A stretch of 32,000 nt of DNA from Phycisphaerae bacterium (GTDB lineage Bacteria > Planctomycetota > Phycisphaerae > Sedimentisphaerales > Anaerobacaceae), in the NCBI GenBank assembly GCA_016782865.1, contig JADHXR010000043.1:14504-46503 (forward strand). Direction: 5' to 3'. Positions 27,776-32,000 of the stretch are shown here, piece by piece (within the stretch, counting starts at the first letter, position 1; each line of letters opens with the position of its first letter). Position numbers and translations under genes: made by a program. Under the pieces are notes generated by a model, which saw only the letters and a list, made by a program, of their open reading frames with translations, was not told where the DNA came from and ran no database searches.

Positions 27776-28154
27776 CCGAGAGAAACCTCTATAGAATGCG
27801 ACAATTTTACCTGGCTCACAAGATTTCGCCGCCGGCGGCGAAATTGAGCTGGACTCCACACGTCGAGCTACTACCGGTCACAAATAACTATGTTTCACAG
27901 GGGAACCTAAGAAGCCTTCAGACTTCGGCCGCAACCCACACTTATCACTCTAAAGATCCAACCTGATGTAGATCATTATGACTTTTCGAAGGGTTGTAAA
28001 GACAGAAGGAAAAAAGCGTGCTTGTTTTATCCATCGATGTTGAGTGAGTTTCCTCCAAAGTCTGTCCCAAGACTCCATCAGTCGGAATGTGTCGACAATG
28101 TGTCAACTCCCGCCTGCTGATATTGATGGTATGATATCTGCGGGTCGATTGGAT

Positions 28155-29087
28155 TCATGACAGGCTAAGTCCCATGGCTGTGATCCAGTTTGCGTGCGGG
28201 GCATGGCTTCTAAGACGGGCTTGGTCGGAGCGGGGAGCTCTGGCCGCGTCGAGACAGTCTCCGATCTGGGCCGACATCTGCGCCCGCTTCGCGATTTTAG
28301 CGTAGATGTCCTTGTCCACAGCATTGCCGGATACGAAAATGATATGATTGACCTGGGGGTTTCTGTAGGCCGATCTGAACTTGACCCGGCACATGTCCAT
28401 CTCGGAGTTGAGCAGATCTATCATCCTGTCGATTTCGAGACCCTTCGCCCCCACCGGGGATGAATGGGCGAAGTAAAGATTCGCGCTGTCGCAGATGACG
28501 ATATTTGTGCATATCTGTCTGATATCGAGCAGCATAACCGGATCGTCCTGACCCATGTGCCGGGCCCAGAGATGCGTGTAAGCCCTTAGTACTGCCATCG
28601 GCCAGACGGAGATGGCCGCGACCTTGAGCCGGGCCTTTTCGTATATCGCCAGATGCCTGTAGAGCTTTGTTCTGTCGGACGCCATCACGAGGATGTTTTT
28701 GCTGTCGTTCCTGACGTGCTTTATCAGCACGTTATCCGGGGTGATCTGGAGCTTGGGCTTAAGGTGGTTGAGTATGGCATTCTGCAATTCGCCCTCGGCC
28801 GGTTCGGACATCTTGATAGTGTCGACGAACACCTCGCTAGCAGGCTGCGCGGCTACCACCTCTTTGCCCTGGAACCGGCCGTGCGCAACCGATTCGGCCG
28901 TGGCCTCGATGGCCCATCTTTGCCATGAGGCGCTGCCGGGTTTGACGTCCGCGGGATACCTAATGCTATTGGCAGCATGCAGACGGACCGAGTCAATGTC
29001 CTTGGCCATCTGGACCAGTGTCAGGGCGTCATCCCCCATATCCACACCAATCGGATACGTATGGTTCGCGAATAATCTCATCATCAT
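28155..29087 (-). CDS. PilM-like type IV pilus assembly ATPase-fold protein
   Basis: MMMRLFANHTYPIGVDMGDDALTLVQM (actin-like PilM start), VVAAQPASEVFVDTIKM, PVMLLDIRQICTNIVICD; the ORF extends to 29234 but the internal Met cluster is a more typical start. Confidence 0.65.
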   Translation of the reverse strand: MMMRLFANHTYPIGVDMGDDALTLVQMAKDIDSVRLHAANSIRYPADVKPGSASWQRWAIEATAESVAHGRFQGKEVVAAQPASEVFVDTIKMSEPAEGELQNAILNHLKPKLQITPDNVLIKHVRNDSKNILVMASDRTKLYRHLAIYEKARLKVAAISVWPMAVLRAYTHLWARHMGQDDPVMLLDIRQICTNIVICDSANLYFAHSSPVGAKGLEIDRMIDLLNSEMDMCRVKFRSAYRNPQVNHIIFVSGNAVDKDIYAKIAKRAQMSAQIGDCLDAARAPRSDQARLRSHAPHANWITAMGLSLS

Positions 29088-29604
29088 CTCCCGACAGCCA
29101 GAATCGTACCTCACAGGCTCCCCATGCACGGAGTATGGTTGCACTCCACTGTCTAAAACATACGTCAAGAACAGTGAGATGCAAAATAATGCCAAACCGG
29201 CTAATAATGCGTAGGTGCAATCGCCGTTCGGCACGACCGATAAGGACCTGATTATTGCCCGGGCTGCTTTTAGTTCATCCGTTCAGATTCTGGCGGGCCT
29301 CGCTTGGTATGCCCAGCTATGATTTGTTGGTCTCCTTCGAGGCCTATCCCAAGGCTACATCGGTCAGAAGCGGGAAGGGCTTTATCGTGGTAAATACGTC
29401 TTCTTGTGACGGGGGACGCTTGCCGGGTTATGTGTCGTCCAATGTAAGCCGATACAGAACCAGAGCCAGGGGTCTGCGAGAGGGTTCTCGATGGAGTGAG
29501 AGGCTGGCAGACGGCAACATCTCAAGCAGATCCAACATTTGGCTCTTTTCGGATGCTATCGACAAGGCAAGATTATTGGACTTCTACAGCATAAGGAGAG
29601 AACA

Positions 29605-30885
29605 ATGACAGAAAATGCGATCAAGTCATCATCCAGTGCAGGCCTCGAGAACCGGACAGGAGACACCTGCTGCAGCACACCAGGATCCACCGTCCAAACC
29701 TGGTTGAAGGCTGGCGATGTGATGAGTGAGAATATTGCCACAGTCAGTCCCGATTGTACCGTGGTGTCAGCAGCAAGGATCATGTGGCGCAATAATATAT
29801 CCTGTCTTGTCGTTTCAGATAACGGCAGTCTATCGGGAATCGTCACTGAGACGGATATGCTGAAAAGGACCATAGCTGACGGTAATGACTTTCATAAGAT
29901 GAAGGTAGACCAGATCATGTCGTCTCCCGTCCGAAGCGTTCCCCGCGATCTTTCGGTCATGGAAACCTGCGAAATCATGGAAGCCGAGAACATCAGGCGG
30001 CTGGTGGTTCTGGATGAGGATCTGTCGGTTGGAATCATAACGCAAACGGATATGGTAAGAGCTCTCGCATCTTACGCCGAATCGAAGGAAGTGTCGTCAA
30101 TAATGACGCTTGGTGTGGCTGTCATCGCCACCTCGGCAACTGTCAGAGAGGCGGCTGAGCGTATGGCTTTTCAAGACATATCTTGTCTGGTCGTCATGGA
30201 TGACAATGCCATCGCAGGGATTTTCACAGAACGGGACCTCACAAAAAGAGTTATTGCGTCAGAGCTGAATCCGGACAAGACCCGCCTGCAAAAGGTAATG
30301 TCCTCTCCGGTGGTGACCGTAGCGGCGAACCACTCGGTTTTAAGCGCCCGGAAACTAATGGAAAAAGCAGGAATTCGTCGGCTGGTTGTTACCGAGAATG
30401 AGACATTGTTTGATGGGCATGAGACTGTGGTTGGAATGATAACTCAAACGGATATCCTGGAGTCCCTCAAAACCACATTGCACGACAAGGAGCAAGACTA
30501 CTTCAGCTATCTGGTTGACTCCGACAAATGCACTTATGCGGTCGATCTAGATCTTAATGCAACTTATGTTAATCCCTTGTTAGTGAAATTGCTGGATGCG
30601 ACCAACTCGGACGAACTTCTCAACAAGCCGTTCTTGCCGGAACAGTTTTGGGAATGCCCTCAAGACCGAAGTAGGCTGTTGGCCAAGATGAAGAGAGAAA
30701 GACTCTGTACTGAAGAGTTGACGCTGAAAACTGCCAAGGGCAAGAGACTGTCTGTCACTCTCTTCTCCGCCCCGACCAGGAGTCTAAGAGGCGGAATTTG
30801 TGGGAGTCACGGTATTCTTAACGATGTCACTGCAAAAAGAGATTCGACAGCAGTCGAGAAACCATGCGCAGGCCCCGAAGGGTAA
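29605..30885 (+). CDS. signalling protein with four CBS domains and a C-terminal PAS domain
   Basis: Repeated CBS signatures (DVMSENIATVSPDCTVVSAARIM; QIMSSPVRSVPRDLSVMETCEIM; SIMTLGVAVIATSATVREAAERM; KVMSSPVVTVAANHSVLSARKLM) then CTYAVDLDLNATYVNPLLVKLLDA PAS-like segment. Confidence 0.85.
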   Translation: MTENAIKSSSSAGLENRTGDTCCSTPGSTVQTWLKAGDVMSENIATVSPDCTVVSAARIMWRNNISCLVVSDNGSLSGIVTETDMLKRTIADGNDFHKMKVDQIMSSPVRSVPRDLSVMETCEIMEAENIRRLVVLDEDLSVGIITQTDMVRALASYAESKEVSSIMTLGVAVIATSATVREAAERMAFQDISCLVVMDDNAIAGIFTERDLTKRVIASELNPDKTRLQKVMSSPVVTVAANHSVLSARKLMEKAGIRRLVVTENETLFDGHETVVGMITQTDILESLKTTLHDKEQDYFSYLVDSDKCTYAVDLDLNATYVNPLLVKLLDATNSDELLNKPFLPEQFWECPQDRSRLLAKMKRERLCTEELTLKTAKGKRLSVTLFSAPTRSLRGGICGSHGILNDVTAKRDSTAVEKPCAGPEG

Positions 30886-31228
30886 GGAGATAAGCTCAGA
30901 CGTACCGGCTAGGTACGCACCAACACATTTCGGCTTGAAGACAGCCCCGATTCCCTTGAACCTGCGAATCCAGGTCAGTCAACCCTAACGTTGCATAAAA
31001 ACTGTCGATTACCCGCTGGCAGGAATCGCATCCAGTACGTTCAACAGGCGCCGTTTGATCCAATGGTTCGCACTAATGCTGAGTGTAAGTGTTCCTTGAG
31101 GTCGGGTTAGTCGTCCTGCCCGGTGTATCAAGGTTTTACGAAGGGTGTCGACCCTTTCGAATATCGACGGCAACGACAAGACGCGAGGGGCCGTTGGATT
31201 CGGCGGAGTCATAGAACCTGGCATGTAA

Positions 31229-31663
31229 GGATTCTTCGACAGTTTAGATCACGCGATGCTCTTAGATACTATTGGGACGCGTGTGATCGACAAACGGATG
31301 GTGCGCCTGATCCGGAAGTGGTTGAAAGTGGGTTGGCTTGCTGACGGCAAGCGTCATACTGCCTATAAGGGTATCGCACAAGGGGCGACCATTTCACCAC
31401 TGTTGGCCAATATATTTCTGAATGCGGTCATGGATCAATGGTTCACAAACTATCACGGGATTCCGGGTAGCACTCGCCGTATACGCGCGTTCTATACGCA
31501 AATAGGTCGACTGTGGCATTGGGTGATTTGTCGCCGCAGTCACGAGGCGGCGAAGCGTTGGACGTGGGAACGATTTTATTGTCTACAGAGGCATTGGTTG
31601 CCGCGTCCCCGTATTGTACATCCATACCCTGGCGTTCGCTTTGACGCCAAGTACTCACGGTAA
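31229..31663 (+). pseudogene. Degenerate group II intron reverse transcriptase remnant
   Basis: FFDSLDHAMLLDTIGTRVIDKRMVRLIRKWLKVG and KGIAQGATISPLLANIFLNAVMDQWF match RT motifs; the N-terminal region and YADD catalytic region are lost or frameshifted. Confidence 0.85.
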
Positions 31664-31737
31664 GAGCCGTATGAGGTAGTTCCTCACGTACGGATATGCG
31701 CGCGGGGCACCCGGTGACGGGTGTCCCTACCGCGACT
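31663..31737 (+). ncRNA. Group II intron domain V / domain VI remnant (3' end of intron)
   Basis: GAGCCGTATGAGGTAGTTCCTCACGTACGG (DV-like stem with 2-nt bulge) and GGGGCACCCG-GTGA-CGGGTGTCCC hairpin (31704-31727) followed by TAC. Confidence 0.7.
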
Positions 31738-32000
31738 GAATTTAAGAGTTATTTCTTGCCTGATGTCCAATTTGTGTTATGGTCGCGGCCATGGCTCCCT
31801 TGGCACCCCGGATCGACCGATCTGCCACGCCACACTGTGAAATATGCGCAAAGAGTATTTTCACGCAGCAACACCGTACCTGATTCGACAATCGAAAAGA
31901 TCAAGGTCGGTGTATAATCATTTCTCTCTTTTTTTACCGCAGCCATTTTGGTTGCGGTTTTCATACGGCTTAGCGAGAGCTCTATTGCATTTTCCACAGT

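Noticed and set aside
28080-28150. Imperfect inverted repeat CCCGC..GATAT/ATATC..GCGGG near 28105-28143
   Set aside because: Short, interrupted stem; could be a weak terminator but not distinguishable from chance.
29255-29608. 117-aa ORF on + strand between the PilM-like and CBS genes
   Set aside because: No recognisable domain, composition looks like translated intergenic DNA; could not be supported.
31009-31224. Possible transposase fragment on - strand (SANHWIKRRLLNVLDAIPASG)
   Set aside because: Too short and without a recognisable family motif; overlaps the group II intron relic.
1-32000. CRISPR arrays, tRNA or rRNA genes
   Set aside because: No direct repeat/spacer pattern and no convincing tRNA T-arm or rRNA sequence noticed by eye; a tRNAscan/Infernal run would be decisive.

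Overview
This 32 kb window looks like a chromosomal segment of an anaerobic, Planctomycetes/Phycisphaerae-like bacterium (lineage is my inference from gene content, not a search). Main content: (i) A heme-biosynthesis island of the alternative siroheme-dependent (Ahb) type: hemD C-terminus and hemL on +; ahbB, a CcsA/HemX-like membrane protein, hemA, ahbD and ahbC on -, followed by an Rrf2 regulator and a two-component pair (RegB-like histidine kinase plus NtrC-type sigma54 activator). (ii) At 11991-13359 (-) a gene pair that I read as hgcAB, the corrinoid protein and ferredoxin required for mercury methylation. HgcA carries the NVWCAAGKGTFGTEEL cap-helix motif, HgcB carries CMECGAC plus a C-terminal CxC...CC tail. 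This is the most interesting item. (iii) A flagellar hook-type flgE with a consensus sigma54 promoter, thrC, an ABC exporter pair, a methyltransferase/PQQ-propeller fusion with a perfect 27-bp inverted repeat inside its 5' coding region, an uncharacterised membrane protein, a pectate-lyase-like protein plus GH127 beta-L-arabinofuranosidase pair, a PilM-like protein, a CBS4-PAS protein, and a decayed group II intron at the right end. No tRNA, rRNA or CRISPR array was recognised. All assignments are by motif recognition from the given translations; no database search was run.
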